NCBI GenBank assembly: GCA_008690995.1
Contig: VRMN01000003.1
Span: 1,054,001 to 1,118,000 of the forward strand
DNA: 64,000 nt
Origin: Porphyridium purpureum
Taxonomy: Eukaryota
Reading direction: 5' to 3'
The translations under genes and the position numbers were made by a program. The notes below the pieces were generated by a model, which ran no database searches, was not told the DNA's origin, and saw nothing but the letters and a program-made list of their open reading frames with translations. Shown here piece after piece: positions 31,063 through 44,700 of this stretch (position 1 is its first letter; each line of letters opens with the position of its first letter).

Positions 31063-32043
31063 TTAGGGGGCCACTACCTGCGCTTCTTCGTCTTGCCTGT
31101 CTCCTGGTGGAGGCGCAGACGCGCCGGCCTCTGCTTGGGGCATGATCGTCCAGTCGAAGACGTTATCGTCTACATAGCCCTTCGATATGTACAGCTGTCG
31201 AAAGAGCCGGCGCAGATACGCATAGTCTGGCTTCTCGTCGAATCGAAGCGCACGACAGTAGGCCAGGTAGCTCTGGAACTCCACGGGGAAGTCCCGGCAC
31301 AAGTCCGCAATTGAGGTCGACACTTTCTTGTCGCTAATTTTCTGGTACTTCATCTTTTTTGTCTGAGCGCGCAGACCCTGCCATGGCAAGTTGCCTCGGT
31401 TGAAGTACATGAGCACGTAGCCCAAGGACTCCAGGTCGTCTCTCCTGCACTGCTCAATGCCCAAGTGCGTGTTCATGGACGCGTATCGCGCGGTTCCCGT
31501 AAGATTCTTGTTTTCGCGGTATGGAATGTGCATGTGCGTCTTGTGGTCTCGGAACTTTTTGGCCAACCCAAAGTCAATGAAGTACACAATATTTGCCTCT
31601 GGTCCGAGTCCCATCAGGAAATTGTCCGGCTTGATGTCGCGATGGAGAAAACTCCTCGAGTGCACGTATTCGATGCGCTGGATCATCTGATCCGCAAGCA
31701 TCAAGACTGTCTTCAAGGAGAATTTCCGATGACAAAAGTTGAAGAGATCCTCCAAGCTCGGGCCGAGCAGATCGATTGCCATGACATTGTAGTCACCTTC
31801 CTGTCCAAACCAACGCACCTTGGGGATACCAACGACGGGTTGGCCCGTGGGCGACACGTTCAAGTAGCGGTAAATCTTGCTCTCGTACAAAAGCTGTGGG
31901 TGTTTCGTTTTTGTGCTTTCCAGCTTGATCGCGACCTCCTCCCCTGTTGTCACGTGTTGGCCCAAGTAGATATCGCCAAAAGAGCCCGAGCCGATTTTCC
32001 GGCCAAGTCGCCACCGACCGCCCACTCTCAGATCGGTCGCCAT
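31063..32043 (-). CDS. CK1: Casein kinase I
   Basis: [58 protein letters not shown]. Confidence 0.97.
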   Translation of the reverse strand: MATDLRVGGRWRLGRKIGSGSFGDIYLGQHVTTGEEVAIKLESTKTKHPQLLYESKIYRYLNVSPTGQPVVGIPKVRWFGQEGDYNVMAIDLLGPSLEDLFNFCHRKFSLKTVLMLADQMIQRIEYVHSRSFLHRDIKPDNFLMGLGPEANIVYFIDFGLAKKFRDHKTHMHIPYRENKNLTGTARYASMNTHLGIEQCRRDDLESLGYVLMYFNRGNLPWQGLRAQTKKMKYQKISDKKVSTSIADLCRDFPVEFQSYLAYCRALRFDEKPDYAYLRRLFRQLYISKGYVDDNVFDWTIMPQAEAGASAPPPGDRQDEEAQVVAP

Positions 32044-33331
32044 GATAGACGCTGGAGGACCGAGTTTCGCGCCTTCCGTGCCACGGAGTCCCGCGTACAA
32101 ATGATATCTACCTACCTCTCGCTCTGTTCCTTGGCCCAGCCGCAAGCCGCCGACAAGAAATCCAATCAGCCGCCTTGCTGGCTCGCTCGGCCTGCTTTGC
32201 TTTCAATCCCGGCACACGACGCGCGTTTCGGGAGACCTTCCCCACACGACACTGCCCACGAACACCCGCGCCCCAGCACGGCGCACCCGCGCTACTCCGT
32301 CTGCTTCCGCCCCGTCGCCCACGTTCAGCGACGGCGCACACGGGCGGCCACTACACGCGCTCAACGCCGCGCGAGATCAACCCGCTCACTCTCCACGAAC
32401 ACTTCTGCGCGTCTCCCCAAAGGCACCCGATCTTCCCGCACCACCCCGCTGTCTTACCCCACTCTCCGCGCTTCAAATCGAGCAACGCGACACGCTTCCC
32501 TCTCTCCCGTCGCTCCCGTCGCTCCCGACGTCGCCGCCGTTGCCGCCGTTCTCCACGCGTCCTTCACCTTTCCACCACCACCACCAGCCCCCTCCCGCCT
32601 CAACGTCACCATCAGCAGCCACTTTCACACTGCGGCGCGCCGCTCAAACCGAAGCGCGGTTCGCACGCCCCGAGTCGGCCTGCGTTTCGTCCGGCCCCAG
32701 CGCCCAATCGCCTAATCACACCAAAATCACAAAATCATACTCGCAGCTGAGTCCACACCTTGTTCTCACCAAACGACATCATGCTCTGATTTTCTCCATC
32801 AGCCCACACCCCCTCCGGCTCGGCGCGTCGCATCCGAAAAACAAACCAACAACACCTTTCTGGCTCGCGTGCGCGCTCGCTCTATCGGTAGGACACGCGC
32901 ACAAACGTCGTGTTGCGATGAGTGAAGGGTTTTGTGGCTGTACAGTGGTAGGTACAGTATAGGTACACTCATGCTGGCAGTGGGAGCGTAAGGTACAGCG
33001 CGATGGCCGGACGGTTGGTGCCGTTTGTGGACACAGACAGTCCGAGCTGGTGTGCGATGAAATCGTGTGGTTTGCATAGGAAGGGCGCTGAGAAGGGTGG
33101 TGGGGAGCGGAGCGCGCAGAGTCGCGGCAGCCGAACGGAAGGGCGAGTGTGTGGGTGGGGGTGTGTGTGTTAGAGAGAGGACAAGCATTGGATCCCTCCG
33201 TCTATAAAACGGCGTGCGGGGGCAGAAGTGGCCGCGGAAGCAAAGGTAGTTTCTGGTGGGAACTTGTTTTGTCGCGTGGACCGGGGTTCGGTCGAAGTGG
33301 AGAGTGGACGGGAAACGGCTCGCGGCGCAAG

Positions 33332-34624
33332 ATGCCTGAGAAGAGTTCGTTTGCGGAGACTGCCGCGGTGGCCAAGGCCGCGGCAGTGGGACAGGCAGGG
33401 GACAAGGCGAATGGCGATGTGGGTGCCGAGGGCGCCAGGGGCGACGCGGCACTCCCGGCGCCGCTCGGTGAGGACGGGCGTAGAAAGGCCGTCGAGGCGT
33501 ACAGGCAGCCGTACGTGATTCCAGACACGTTCCCGGAAAAGTCGCAAGTGCACGCCGCGATTCCGGCGCACTGCTTTGAACGGTCCCTGTGGAAGTCCAT
33601 GTCGTACGCGGCGCTCAGCGTGTTTTTGACGGTCGCGTTTCCGATCTTGGCGTGGAAGGTGCTGCCGGTGCCGTCCTGGTCAAACCCGCTCAGCGTGCTC
33701 GCGTGGGCCGTGTTTGCGTTTTGGCAGGGCACGATCGCAACGGGCTGCTGGGTCGTTGCGCACGAGTGCGGCCACCGAGCATTCTGCGACAGCAACCTGA
33801 TCCAGGACGCGGTTGGCTTTGTGTTGCACTCGGCCCTGCTGGTGCCATATTTTTCGTGGCAGCGCTCGCACGCCGTGCATCACTCGCGCACCAACCACAT
33901 GTCGCAAGGGGAAACGCACGTGCCCGCGGGTGCCACGACCAAGGAGGGTGCTGCGCAGATGAACCTGGAGCGATGGATCGGCGAGGACGCTTTCGCAATT
34001 GTGAATCTGTTCAACCATCTGGTGCTTGGCTGGCCCATGTACTTGATGACCGGCGCGACGGGCAGTCCGGAACGGGGCTTCAGCAACCACTTTGTGCCGA
34101 CAAATGGCAAGCTGTTCCCAGACTCCTGGAAGTGGAAGGTGCTTCTGAGTGACGTGGGCATTCTCGTGACGCTTGCCCTCCTGTTCAAGTGGGCACAGGT
34201 CGCCGGCACTCCACAGGTTTTGGTGCTTTACGCGTTCCCTTATTTATTCACGAACATGTGGTTGGTGCTGTACACGTGGCTGCAGCATACGGACGTCGAT
34301 GTTCCCCACTACGAGGACAAGAACTGGACGTGGATCAAAGGTGCGTTTATGACGGTCGATCGCCCGTACCCAGAGCCCTTTGACTTTTTGCATCACAGGA
34401 TCGGGAGCACGCATGTGGCTCACCACCTGTTCTCGACAATCCCGCACTACCACGCGCGCGAGGCAACAGAGGCCGTGAAGCAGGCGTTCCCAGAGCACTA
34501 CCTGTACGACCCGACCCCGATTGTACCAGCTCTGTGGCGTGTTGCGGCAAAGTGCGTCGCCACAGTACCGGAAGGTAACCGCCAGTACTACACATACGTC
34601 AATGGGCACGGCAAGGCGGAGTAG
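33332..34624 (+). CDS. FAD2: Delta-12 (omega-6) fatty acid desaturase
   Basis: His boxes HECGH, HAVHH and HVAHH. Also AIPAHCFERS and VPYFSW, with TM helices. Confidence 0.9.
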   Translation: MPEKSSFAETAAVAKAAAVGQAGDKANGDVGAEGARGDAALPAPLGEDGRRKAVEAYRQPYVIPDTFPEKSQVHAAIPAHCFERSLWKSMSYAALSVFLTVAFPILAWKVLPVPSWSNPLSVLAWAVFAFWQGTIATGCWVVAHECGHRAFCDSNLIQDAVGFVLHSALLVPYFSWQRSHAVHHSRTNHMSQGETHVPAGATTKEGAAQMNLERWIGEDAFAIVNLFNHLVLGWPMYLMTGATGSPERGFSNHFVPTNGKLFPDSWKWKVLLSDVGILVTLALLFKWAQVAGTPQVLVLYAFPYLFTNMWLVLYTWLQHTDVDVPHYEDKNWTWIKGAFMTVDRPYPEPFDFLHHRIGSTHVAHHLFSTIPHYHAREATEAVKQAFPEHYLYDPTPIVPALWRVAAKCVATVPEGNRQYYTYVNGHGKAE

Positions 34625-35862
34625 ATTTTGTGTGAACCAGTCAGCAAAGCCAGAGTTCGGTTGACATCAGTTGTGCAGTGCAATAAACATTTGCGTGGAA
34701 CTCGTCGAGGTGAAAGTCAGCTTTTCGCTCACCTGACAACTGTTTACCGTCACTCCTTGTGGAGCTGTAATGAATCCGAGAATGCAAACAGCCTTGTGCA
34801 CCCATGAGAGACGGCGCCGTGCGGCGCGTGCAAGCGGATCAGGCGGCCGCCGGGATGACAGTGACGTTGCCCGTGTCTTGGTACGTGCGAGTCGACAAGG
34901 AGCATGCACGCGCCAAAAATAAAACCATACGGCTTGAATCGCGCCGATATCCGGTGCGGTCGCTGGTCACGCGATCTTGGATCAAGCTACTGCATGTGCG
35001 TTGTTGCCAGCGAGCTCGCTTAATTCAGCGTGCACTCAAAAAGCGAGTTTCCAGTGCTAAAATAGGCTTTTTCGAGTCACATTCCCGCCGGCGCTCGAAA
35101 AAAAAAATATCGAGACCGCGGCGTCTTGCGTGGCAAGATGCAACTGCTGAGGGGTGACGGAGGAGCAGTATCACAGCCGGCAGTGGTTTACATAGCAAAA
35201 CACGGAATCGTGTTTGCTTATACTGAACACTGGCACGACCCGTTGTTTTTGACACGCGACCCGGTGAGCTCGCCGACCGGTCTGTAAGCAGAATATGATT
35301 GAAACGGCCTGCTTTTATAGGACGCCGACAACAAAGGCAGACATGTAAGTTAATGCATTTATTTTGTAATTTTCCGATGGGGAACTGGGATGAAGTGGAT
35401 GACGAGCTGACGGACAAGTTGGCTGACTGAAGTGTGTGAATGATGAACAGAAACGCCCGCAATGACAGCTGTAAATCGTATCGAGCGGCCGGAAGCGGTA
35501 GGATCTCGAGGTGCGTGCCACGTAGTCATGTCTCGCACGCCACAAAATCGTGAAAAGCACGAGGGAGCGCGTTGGCCCATGCTCTGCGAAAACGGCCCGC
35601 GCCACCAAAGACGCTCGGAAAAGCACAGGCGCGAAGCAAGTCCGCGAGCCCCATATATCGAAAATTAGAATGCCGCGCTGCGAGAATACTAAGCTCGGAG
35701 CAGAATTGGATCCGCGCGCCGGTATTTCAGCTCGCGGGCACGTGAGCGCACGTCGACAGACGACCAGAAGGTCTCTCACGTCACGGCAAAAGAGAGCAAC
35801 GCAATCCGCTGCACAGGCCAGGCAGACGAACGCAAGGAACATCAATCCTAAACCAGCCAAGC

Positions 35863-37521
35863 ATGGCAAGCACACTGGAAGCGTCTCTGGAAGCGGCACA
35901 ACGCCTGCTCGCCATTGCGCAGAAGCCTGCGTGCTACGAGTGGTTGTTTGGTGACGAGGAAGGCGAACGACTCGCAGCAGTCATTTTCGAGAATGAGGAA
36001 CCGAAACCAGCCGTGGCACCGTTCCCGAGAATGGCGCAACCACAGAATGGACATAATGTGGATTCCCGTCTGGGCCATAGGCCGACGCCCGCAGAGCTCG
36101 GAAGCATTTTGAGCACTGAGTCAAATGGTCAGGGCTTGCATTCGGACTATTGCACCATTTATGTTCCGCAGGGAGAGCATGGTGAGTTTGTGCACGCTGT
36201 CATGTATTCCACCATGTGTGTTCTGCCTTTCTTGCCCGGGGTGACGCCCTGCCTGGCGCACAGGCTGGTGGGATTTCGTCTGCCGAACGGCCACGGGTGG
36301 CTTACATTTGGCCAGGACTCCACTGGTGCGCCAGTTTGCGCGATGGGCTACGTGCCGGAATCCGGTGAAGAATGTGTCGAAGTGTTTCATAACCTTCGCA
36401 TGAAGGACTCAGGCATTGTCTTTGCGTCTCACGCATCATTGCAATCTGGCGTGTTTCTGACAACAATGCGTGGATTTTTCGACCAAAGAACGTCGCTGAT
36501 TGAAAGCAAAGGCTTGGACTCGTTCAAGCAGACCACGATGCATTCGCGTACAACCCAAGCGCTGCGGAACGCGTCAGATGCGTGGGCACACTTGGCAAAG
36601 TCAGAGCGCAAATGCGCTGATGGCAGACAAGAGGAGAGATTGAGCTGGGAATCGTGGGCACACGCTATCGCAAGAGCTCGAAACCGATATCGGGAGCACA
36701 GTCCCTTTTTTATAGTGGGGATCACGGATGCACAGGGGCACGAACTGTATTCCGAGATCAGACCAAGTTCAGTGAAAGCGTCGCTGAGCTCGCAGCATGC
36801 AAACTATGTCGAACTGCAGAGGCACTTTGTTCAGCGCATATGTCGTGGGTCGCCCGACATGAACTCGCATGATACCAAATTACTTTTGAGTGTTCAAGGT
36901 CTGCGCACTGGAGGAACGGACGGGGACAAAATCGAGTTGTCGCTCGAGCGTCTCTTGAATGCGATTCGGCCGACGGAAGATACGCGTTCTTGTCGCCTGC
37001 AGAAAGCCTGCGGACAGGTGGCCGAGTTCGAGCCAGATACGCCTCGCATGCAGCGGCAAACGCACAGTCCTGTGAGCAGCTCTGACGCATGTCGGTCTTC
37101 AGCTCAAGATGCCGACAGCCTTGTGGAAGGAGCTCAGACTCCTGTCTGTGTCAAATGCGGCAAACACTTCTTCCGGCAGAATGAGCTACGTCGACATATT
37201 CGCACGGTGCACGAGCGCGAAAAGACGCACAAATGTCCGCATTGTTTGAAGTTGTTTTCGCAATCATCCCATCTGGTAACACATGTGCGCAGTGTTCACG
37301 AGCGTCGCATGGACTTTCCGTGCAATATCTGCAAGTACAGATTTTCAGTACGGTCAAACCAGCTCAAGCACATGCGGCGAAAGCACGGCGAAGACACTGC
37401 AAGCCGCGTGCGGAGCCGGAGTCGCAGCACGAGCCCGGGCTGCCAGAACAGTGGCAGCGGCAATGAAATGGACACGAGTCTGACACGAGGCAACTCCACC
37501 GAAGAGCAGCAGGAGGATTGA
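35863..37521 (+). CDS. C2H2 zinc-finger protein (3 fingers) with unknown N-terminal domain
   Basis: CVKC...HIRTVH, CPHC...HVRSVH, CNIC...HMRRKH. Confidence 0.88.
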   Translation: MASTLEASLEAAQRLLAIAQKPACYEWLFGDEEGERLAAVIFENEEPKPAVAPFPRMAQPQNGHNVDSRLGHRPTPAELGSILSTESNGQGLHSDYCTIYVPQGEHGEFVHAVMYSTMCVLPFLPGVTPCLAHRLVGFRLPNGHGWLTFGQDSTGAPVCAMGYVPESGEECVEVFHNLRMKDSGIVFASHASLQSGVFLTTMRGFFDQRTSLIESKGLDSFKQTTMHSRTTQALRNASDAWAHLAKSERKCADGRQEERLSWESWAHAIARARNRYREHSPFFIVGITDAQGHELYSEIRPSSVKASLSSQHANYVELQRHFVQRICRGSPDMNSHDTKLLLSVQGLRTGGTDGDKIELSLERLLNAIRPTEDTRSCRLQKACGQVAEFEPDTPRMQRQTHSPVSSSDACRSSAQDADSLVEGAQTPVCVKCGKHFFRQNELRRHIRTVHEREKTHKCPHCLKLFSQSSHLVTHVRSVHERRMDFPCNICKYRFSVRSNQLKHMRRKHGEDTASRVRSRSRSTSPGCQNSGSGNEMDTSLTRGNSTEEQQED

Positions 37522-37780
37522 CCGGCACGGCGTGAGTTGTGAGCGGAAATCGACCCATCTTCGCAATCACATGCGTATGTCCAACAGTCCTGAAAAAAAA
37601 AAAGACGACCTCGAGTTCAAAACTTTCGCCTCGCAGGTTGTGTAAATTTAAAAGACCCACTGTACCCTCTTTGTTCTATTGCACTGTACTTCTACTGAAC
37701 ATAACAGGAGTTTCGCTGTACCCTACAGCTGCCGAGCACAGGCCGCGACCAAGGAGCGATGGCGCTGAGCGCAAGAACGT

Positions 37781-38677
37781 GTGCGAAGCATGATCGACTC
37801 GGCAGCGACTTTCTCGTCGCGCGTGGCGCGCCGCATGGCGGAACAATGCCCGCGTGCGATGAGCGCGCTTGCGCGAGACTGGGCTTCGCGGCGACTCATG
37901 TCTCGCGGCGGCGCGGCGCTTTTGGCGTGGCACCGGGCGGGTGTGGATACAGGAGCATGCTTGACACGGGCGCAGTTATTCCATGCGCGCCGGCACGTTT
38001 GGACCGATACGGCGCCTGGGCAACGATTGAAGGGCGACGAGCTGATAGAAGAGCGCATACGGCAACGCGACGCCGCAAAGACGCAGCAGCATAACAGTGA
38101 CACCTTGGCCGAGTTCTACGGCGATCCGACCGTAGACGAACGAGTGGCCAAGGTCCGTTCGATGAAGAAGCCGCTACTGCGCGACAACTCGGGGCTGCTG
38201 GACTTGCTTGATCCGTCTGGGCAGGCTGCGCAAGTGCCGTGCGGGCGCTCGTGGCGCGTGGCCGAGCTCCGTCTGAAGTCATTCGAGGACCTCCACAAAC
38301 TTTGGTGGATTCTCTTGCGCGAGCGTGCCGTGCTGCACGCCGAAAGACACTATTGCCGCGTCAATGGATATCATTGGAAGGGCGGATCGTCACGCCTTTT
38401 CAAGATAAAGACCTCTATGCGCGGCATCAAGATCGTGGTGGGTGAGCGCAAAAAGGCATTCAAAGCCGCTCGCCTTCTGCTGCTGCAAAGGGAATACGAT
38501 GCCAACCCGCTACCTCCGCAAACACGTTTAGAGTTCAAGCAGCGCAGAGTTAGAGAGAGACTGGCCAAGCTGAAGCGAAGGAACAGGGAGCGCTATTTGG
38601 CGGAACGAGAGGCGATTGCGGCGCAGCAGAAAGCAACCGAAAGTGTGGAAGGCGAGACCGAATCAAATCGAGAATAA
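37781..38677 (+). CDS. MRPL47: Mitochondrial ribosomal protein uL29m
   Basis: GRSWRVAELRLKSFEDLHKLWWILLRER, with an Arg/Ser/Ala-rich presequence. Start uncertain. Confidence 0.9.
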   Translation: MRSMIDSAATFSSRVARRMAEQCPRAMSALARDWASRRLMSRGGAALLAWHRAGVDTGACLTRAQLFHARRHVWTDTAPGQRLKGDELIEERIRQRDAAKTQQHNSDTLAEFYGDPTVDERVAKVRSMKKPLLRDNSGLLDLLDPSGQAAQVPCGRSWRVAELRLKSFEDLHKLWWILLRERAVLHAERHYCRVNGYHWKGGSSRLFKIKTSMRGIKIVVGERKKAFKAARLLLLQREYDANPLPPQTRLEFKQRRVRERLAKLKRRNRERYLAEREAIAAQQKATESVEGETESNRE

Positions 38678-38723
38678 AATGCTGGCTTCGGCTGCAAAAC
38701 AACAAGAGAAAGAAGGAGCATGC

Positions 38724-41700
38724 TCATTTATGAGCCTGTGACCCCACCTGAAGCAGAATGGCGAGGCTTGGCGGGACAGCAAGAGAAAACGAAGTGCCGC
38801 GTGGAAAGGAGCGGGATGCGAGGCTCGTCGCAATTTCACTGCAACCCACTTGCCGGAGCAACGCACGCAGGCGCCGGTCCAACACTAAAATTTCTTGCTT
38901 TCGCTCCGAATGCGCGACAAGATTCGGAACAGACCCCGAAAGTGGGTCTGCACGGCTGTCATGTCCGGAATCACGATTTGAAGTGCTCTCCACATGCACT
39001 CGCCGAATAAGGCGCTCCAAGTCTGGTAGAATGGACTCACGCGCGTACGGAAAGAGAATTTCGAGAACGACAGACCGTGCATCTGCACTGTGCGTACAGC
39101 AGCTCTGCACAAGCGCAAAGAATTCCGTGCAGCCTTCAAATAGCACGCGATCACCGTTCTTGCGTGTTACTGTCTGAGCAGATAAAGGCACGCGCTCCGA
39201 AATGGCTTGTCCCGGAGCATTCATCAGACCGGCACCTCCTCGAACCAAGCATGGACCCAGCAATGCCGTTATCTTACTCGTGAATAAGGCCGCTTCATGT
39301 TCAAAGCGAGCAATCAATGCACGGCGTCGCACGCGCCGCACGCAGAGGTCCAGGCCGAGCAACCCAAGATACAAAATCACGCGAAATAGATTCAGAGCCA
39401 AGCTGTCCAAGCCTTCATCGCCCGCGTGATGGAAGAGGCCGCGACTGTCGAAAGTCGGCTGCGACCAAGTCTCATCGAGATCAAATGCAGAGAACATGAT
39501 GGAGAAGCCGCTCGACCGACTGTGCGTTCTGCGCACGGCACCTCCAGCGCTTGCATCGAAAAGGGCTGAGAGAAAGCGGAAGAGGAGCACTCGTGATTCG
39601 CCCCAACGTAGCTCTGCCCGCCAGCTCCTTGACTCAAGCTCACTGTGCATATTTTCTATCATGCGCCGGAACAGAAAGGGCAGCACGGTCGCACCGACCG
39701 CGCGCAGTAAACATGCTCGCGCGCGGTCTGTCATGGGGCGCTCCTCCGGCCTTCTAGCACACGCATCCTGAATAAAGTACAGACACAGGGCGAAGTGGGC
39801 ATCGCTTGTACAGAATCGATCCATTTCAGGAACAAGAACATGCGAAAAGAAGTAGCAGAGAGTCCCAGCACCGCTCGCGTACGCATTCGTACCAAGCCTT
39901 TCCTCACACCGTGCCCGTATCCAACTGGATAAAAAAATCCGCAGCTCATCTGGCTTTAAGCACGTTGACGAGGCAGACATGCTCGCGGGTGTAGCTGCGT
40001 CTTCGAAAATCCACTCTCGCACAATGTCGGACGCGTACTTCCATGCTGATTCCGCGGACGACGATGCCGATGCCCTGGGATCGTTCGACTCTCGGCTACG
40101 CGCCACGCGTGTGGATGGCGGAATGTAACAAAGTGTCTGGAGAAGAGCCTTTTGACACTCTGAGATATCAACACTTCTGACGCGATCAAGGCTCATTCCA
40201 ACGAAGGAGCGCGATCGCGCGCGAATTTCGCACGCAAGATTGTATAGGGCGATGATCTTCACATTCCATACTGCGCTGACCAATTTGCCTTGGCCTGTCT
40301 TCATGAAAAGTTCTACGATGGCATACATCTTGCCAAGAGACGCGATCACTACAGGTACCCGTCGCGGAAGATCAACAGCGGTACAAGAAGCAGTCCACGC
40401 GCCAAGCGCTGCCAGGTTCGCGTGTATCCACGCAATACCAAGCGACAAAACCATGTTGTGGTGGACATGCTCCTCATTTTCTGCCAGAATTCTGCGTTTG
40501 AGGAGTAATCCAATCCAATGCAGCAAGGCGTCGTCCTCGGCGCTCTTTCGTGAGCCCGCAAACACCCGCGTTCCCATACCTCCATCTGGGAACACAGCAT
40601 TCAGCGATGCGATCAGGCGCTGAACACAGCACTCCGTAAAGGATGATGCCGGCAAAGCACTTTTCGTCCCCATTGCCTCAGACACAGAACAAGAGCTACT
40701 GGTGACACTGCCGCTGGGACGCCAGTCCGAGCATGCCGCGTGCACTAAGCACAACAGAACTGCGATGTCAAGGGTGGCCAGAGAACGCGTGGCCGCCACG
40801 GTTTCGCGCTCGCTTTCCAGGACAATTGACCAGTACAGCGCGCAAAGGTCAAACCGCAGCTCGTCAGATGCGGATCCCACAAACACGCCGCGATGCAGTG
40901 GTTGCTTTTGCACGGTATCTTTGGAGGTGTAGCTTTGAAGAATGACGACCTGGCCTGCCTCACTGAACATGAGCATAGCCTTGAACCAGGACTCGGGTGG
41001 CGGCGTTGAGAATGAAGTCCCTACTTCTTGCGCTGGCGAGTACCTGCGATTAAAGCAAAAACGCACACGAAGCGATTGGAGGGCACAATACACGCCGGTG
41101 AGTTCTGAGCCAAACTGAAGCAGTCTGTCTGGCAGAGAATGGGCGTGAGACGACCTGATGGATCCAACTCCGACAAGTGTCCGCGCTATCACGTGAAGGT
41201 ATTTACCCACCAGCAGCTTGCACAGCTCCGCGCGCTGTGCCTCTTCGTCTGCATCTAGGCTCTCAAAAAATTCATCAGAATCCCGAGTGGGACTAGGGGT
41301 CAGACTGCGTGCGTCCGTTTCATGAAGCATGTGGACGGCAGAACGAACCCAGCTGAGAGCACGGAGCGCACATGCGTAAGAGTGCTTGTACAGCGGAAGC
41401 AAGCGCTCAATGAAGTCATGGCGCAGGAGAACGGTCAGCAGCTCCAGTTTCTCTCCATGCTTAGATTCCGTTTTCTCCTTGATCGCAACCACGAGCTGTG
41501 ACAGAAGAACGCACGCATCACCCAGCGCCCGTATCTCATTCTTGCGAAACATTTTTGTGTCGGGTGTGCGCTGGTTTGTGATGACGCTCAAATACTTGGA
41601 TGCAACGTCGAGCGCGGACACAAAGGAGCGTCTCACGGAGTGCAGATGCAGGGCGCGCAGGATAAATATTTGGAGAGCGATAATCTGCGACATGACAGCG

Positions 41701-44700
41701 CGGTTTCGGCTCTGGGTCGTTAGAGCATTCGCACTCGGCTCTGAATTTCCCCCACAGAGTCCTGCCGTAAAATCGCCAAGCAAACGATTTACGAACTGAA
41801 GGAAGAGGAGTGAATCGTCGCTATCCATAAACCCCTTGCACACAGCGTGCACAAGTAACAGCGCGTGGCGCAGGGCACAGAACGCATCCTCATCTTGATC
41901 TGTGTTTGCGGAAGCATGACCGTGCGCATCAGCCTCTGCAGCTGCAGATATTGCCACTGTGCGTGCAAATTTGCGAAGACGGCGGCTTTCGTATTCGGCA
42001 ATGGCCGAAGCAACTGCCACCCGAGCCGTCGAGGTAGCACTGTGACGACTGATGAGGGCGTTTGGAATATCAGAGATCATTCGAACGGAATACTCAAACA
42101 GTAGCGTACATAATGGCGCACCTTGGAGCAAGGGCCACATATCCGGATTCTGTTTTTCGGGCTGCGCATGCTCAGTTCCACGAACAGACATTGACCAGTG
42201 CGACTTCACCTGCATCTGAAACTGAGAGAAAGGGCCGGCCAAGGTGGTGCAATGCTTGTGTACACTCAGAAAGCGCGTGTCTTCAAAGAATTTGAGCCAC
42301 AAACGGAGCACGCGCTCGTCAGCAGCGGCCCATCCATGGCTTAGCACTACGCAATTCAGCATTACGCGTGACAGTTGGTGCTCCAGAGGCGGCAGATCAC
42401 GTAATGAGCGCAGGGTGCCGCAACCTGCTAGCTCACTCTCCACGAGCGCGCGAACTAAGGCCCACCCAGGGTGCCTGGAACCCAGATGCCCGGCCTCATG
42501 ATTGAGCACCCAAGGAGCGAAGTGGTAGTTCGCTGAAGGCAGCGGCGGATGAAGAGTAATATCTCGGCTGATCGACGGGTTCGCTGCGTGGTCATGTTCA
42601 GTACTTCGGCACCAAATGACTCGAAAGCGGGAGATTTCCGCAAGGCGAAGGATGACTGCCCACGCAAGTTCTCGCCACGTTGGTGAATTCACCGTAACTC
42701 CGGCAAAAGCATCACCAGATACAATGGCCCATTCCCGTGCATCGAAAAGTAGAACCATCAATTGATCCCATACATGGTCGCGCGGCAACTGAAGCGAGTT
42801 TGAATTAGATTCCGCGCTTGCGGCGTCACTGCATGACGCTGCAAATTGAAGAACAAAACGCCACAGTGACACCAATGGGTTATGCTTGCTATCCACCAGC
42901 ATTCGGCCGTCGGAAGAAAGAGCATGCAGACCGTCTGCACCAGAAGATCCATGTCGCATCCGAGGCGGCAGAAAGTTCGAATGAAGAGTCAGAGAGTTAG
43001 ACAACATGTCTCGGAGAAGAAAAGACAGGTATTCATGCACCCCACACACGTCACAAGGTAAACATGTATGGCACGAAATCACGGCACAAAGTAGTTGCAT
43101 GTGCATGCGCACCACCGAGTACGAGAATCTAGAGTTATTCATTCCGACGCCACGGTCGATCTCGTCCTTCCATAAGTCCACGGTGCTTTTCCATTCAATG
43201 CCGCCAAAGTCACCGCTTTCGCCAGGCACGTGTAAACGGTAAGGCATGCCAAGTGCGTCTAGCAACTCCTGGATGCTGCCAAATGTCATCGCGATGCTCG
43301 CAGCGTTCACGCCTTCCTCCACGAGCAAATCTACTCTCTCCTTTCCAACTAAAACGTTCATGAAGCGCTCGCAGTCTACAAACCAGCGCACATCAACTCC
43401 CGAGACGAGGCTGCGGGCGTTCTCACGACCTACGAAGACCAACGGCCTCTGTACGGGTGTATGCATCCGCTGGTTCCTGTGTTCCGGCCTTTTCGCCATT
43501 ACCTGCGAAGAGTTCGCATGCTCCACGTCTGCATTCGCGTTCGGCCCGTCGTCGGTCAACCACAAATAATCCTTGTCCACATCGCCGTCCTCGCGACGCG
43601 ACATGTTTCCAAGTACACGAGATGCACGCTGGCGGGCCCGTTCCTCCATGTGTTGCGGGATTTGCGTCTTTCGCACCCTGAGCCTTCGAACTGTGGCGGG
43701 GACCGCGGCATCTGCCAAGCTATCTACATCGATAATCATCGACGCGTTTGCGCCCACGGGCGACTCTGCCTCCTTGAACAGCACGTTTTCACGGCAACGA
43801 CTATTATCACGGTGCCGAGCCAGATTTTGAGAATCTCGTCCTCCAAACCCAGGAGCGAAAATGTTGTCAGAATCGAGAGCAGGAGTCTTATGCCGACCTT
43901 TGTCAGGCATCCCTTGCTTTCGCCGCACTTGAGACCTTTGCAGCCGCCGCATGATTGTCTCCAGGTTCGTGTGCAGCACAGATCGATGAGACTTCGTCAC
44001 GGCAATCTCATCCTCGATATTCCCACCAGCAGCACCTCGACCGATTTGCAGTTCTTGAGCCGGTCTTCCCAGCGAGCATGCTCCTGCGTCTTGGAACGTC
44101 TCTGACTCGTCAGCGTCACTACTACAGAGCGTGACACCATTTTCTTCGGTACGAACACGGCCATTGAAAGTAAAATGTACGCCTCCACACGGCTCCGGAT
44201 TGCAGACGTCTTCCGGCTCTCTCATAGGCGAAGAGTGAATGACTGGAAGCACGATGCGCTCTCCTCTCCTTGTTTCGCGCACCGGTGAGGACGCTGCCCC
44301 ATACTTTTTCTGTATGCGCCCAGGTGAAGCAGTCCGGGGCCTCGGCGCAGTAGACCGCCCGCTCCTGAGTTTCCCAGCATCGCATCGCCTCCCGTTTAAC
44401 ACTTTGTCGTCCTGGACGATAAAGCTTGTTTCGTTTCTCGCTTTTTGGCTCCTTCGCGCTTCACCGTGCCTGCCTGCCGGAAAACGAAGCTTGCTAGTGG
44501 GAGCCGGGGGCTCAGACTGCAACTGGTGCTTCAATTTGGCCTGCACGGCATGTGCACTGAAGGCAAGACTAGAGCCATCGCGTGCACGAGTCGAACGCTC
44601 AACCCACGGTTTGAGTAGTACCGTTTCCGTCGACAAAGCTTCTCGCCAACGCCTTGCCGCACGCCCGAGCTCCGAGCTCGCACCACTTGCTTCCCACCAG

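Noticed and set aside
31465..32715. 416-aa + strand ORF
   Set aside because: Antisense shadow of CK1 plus its GC-rich leader.
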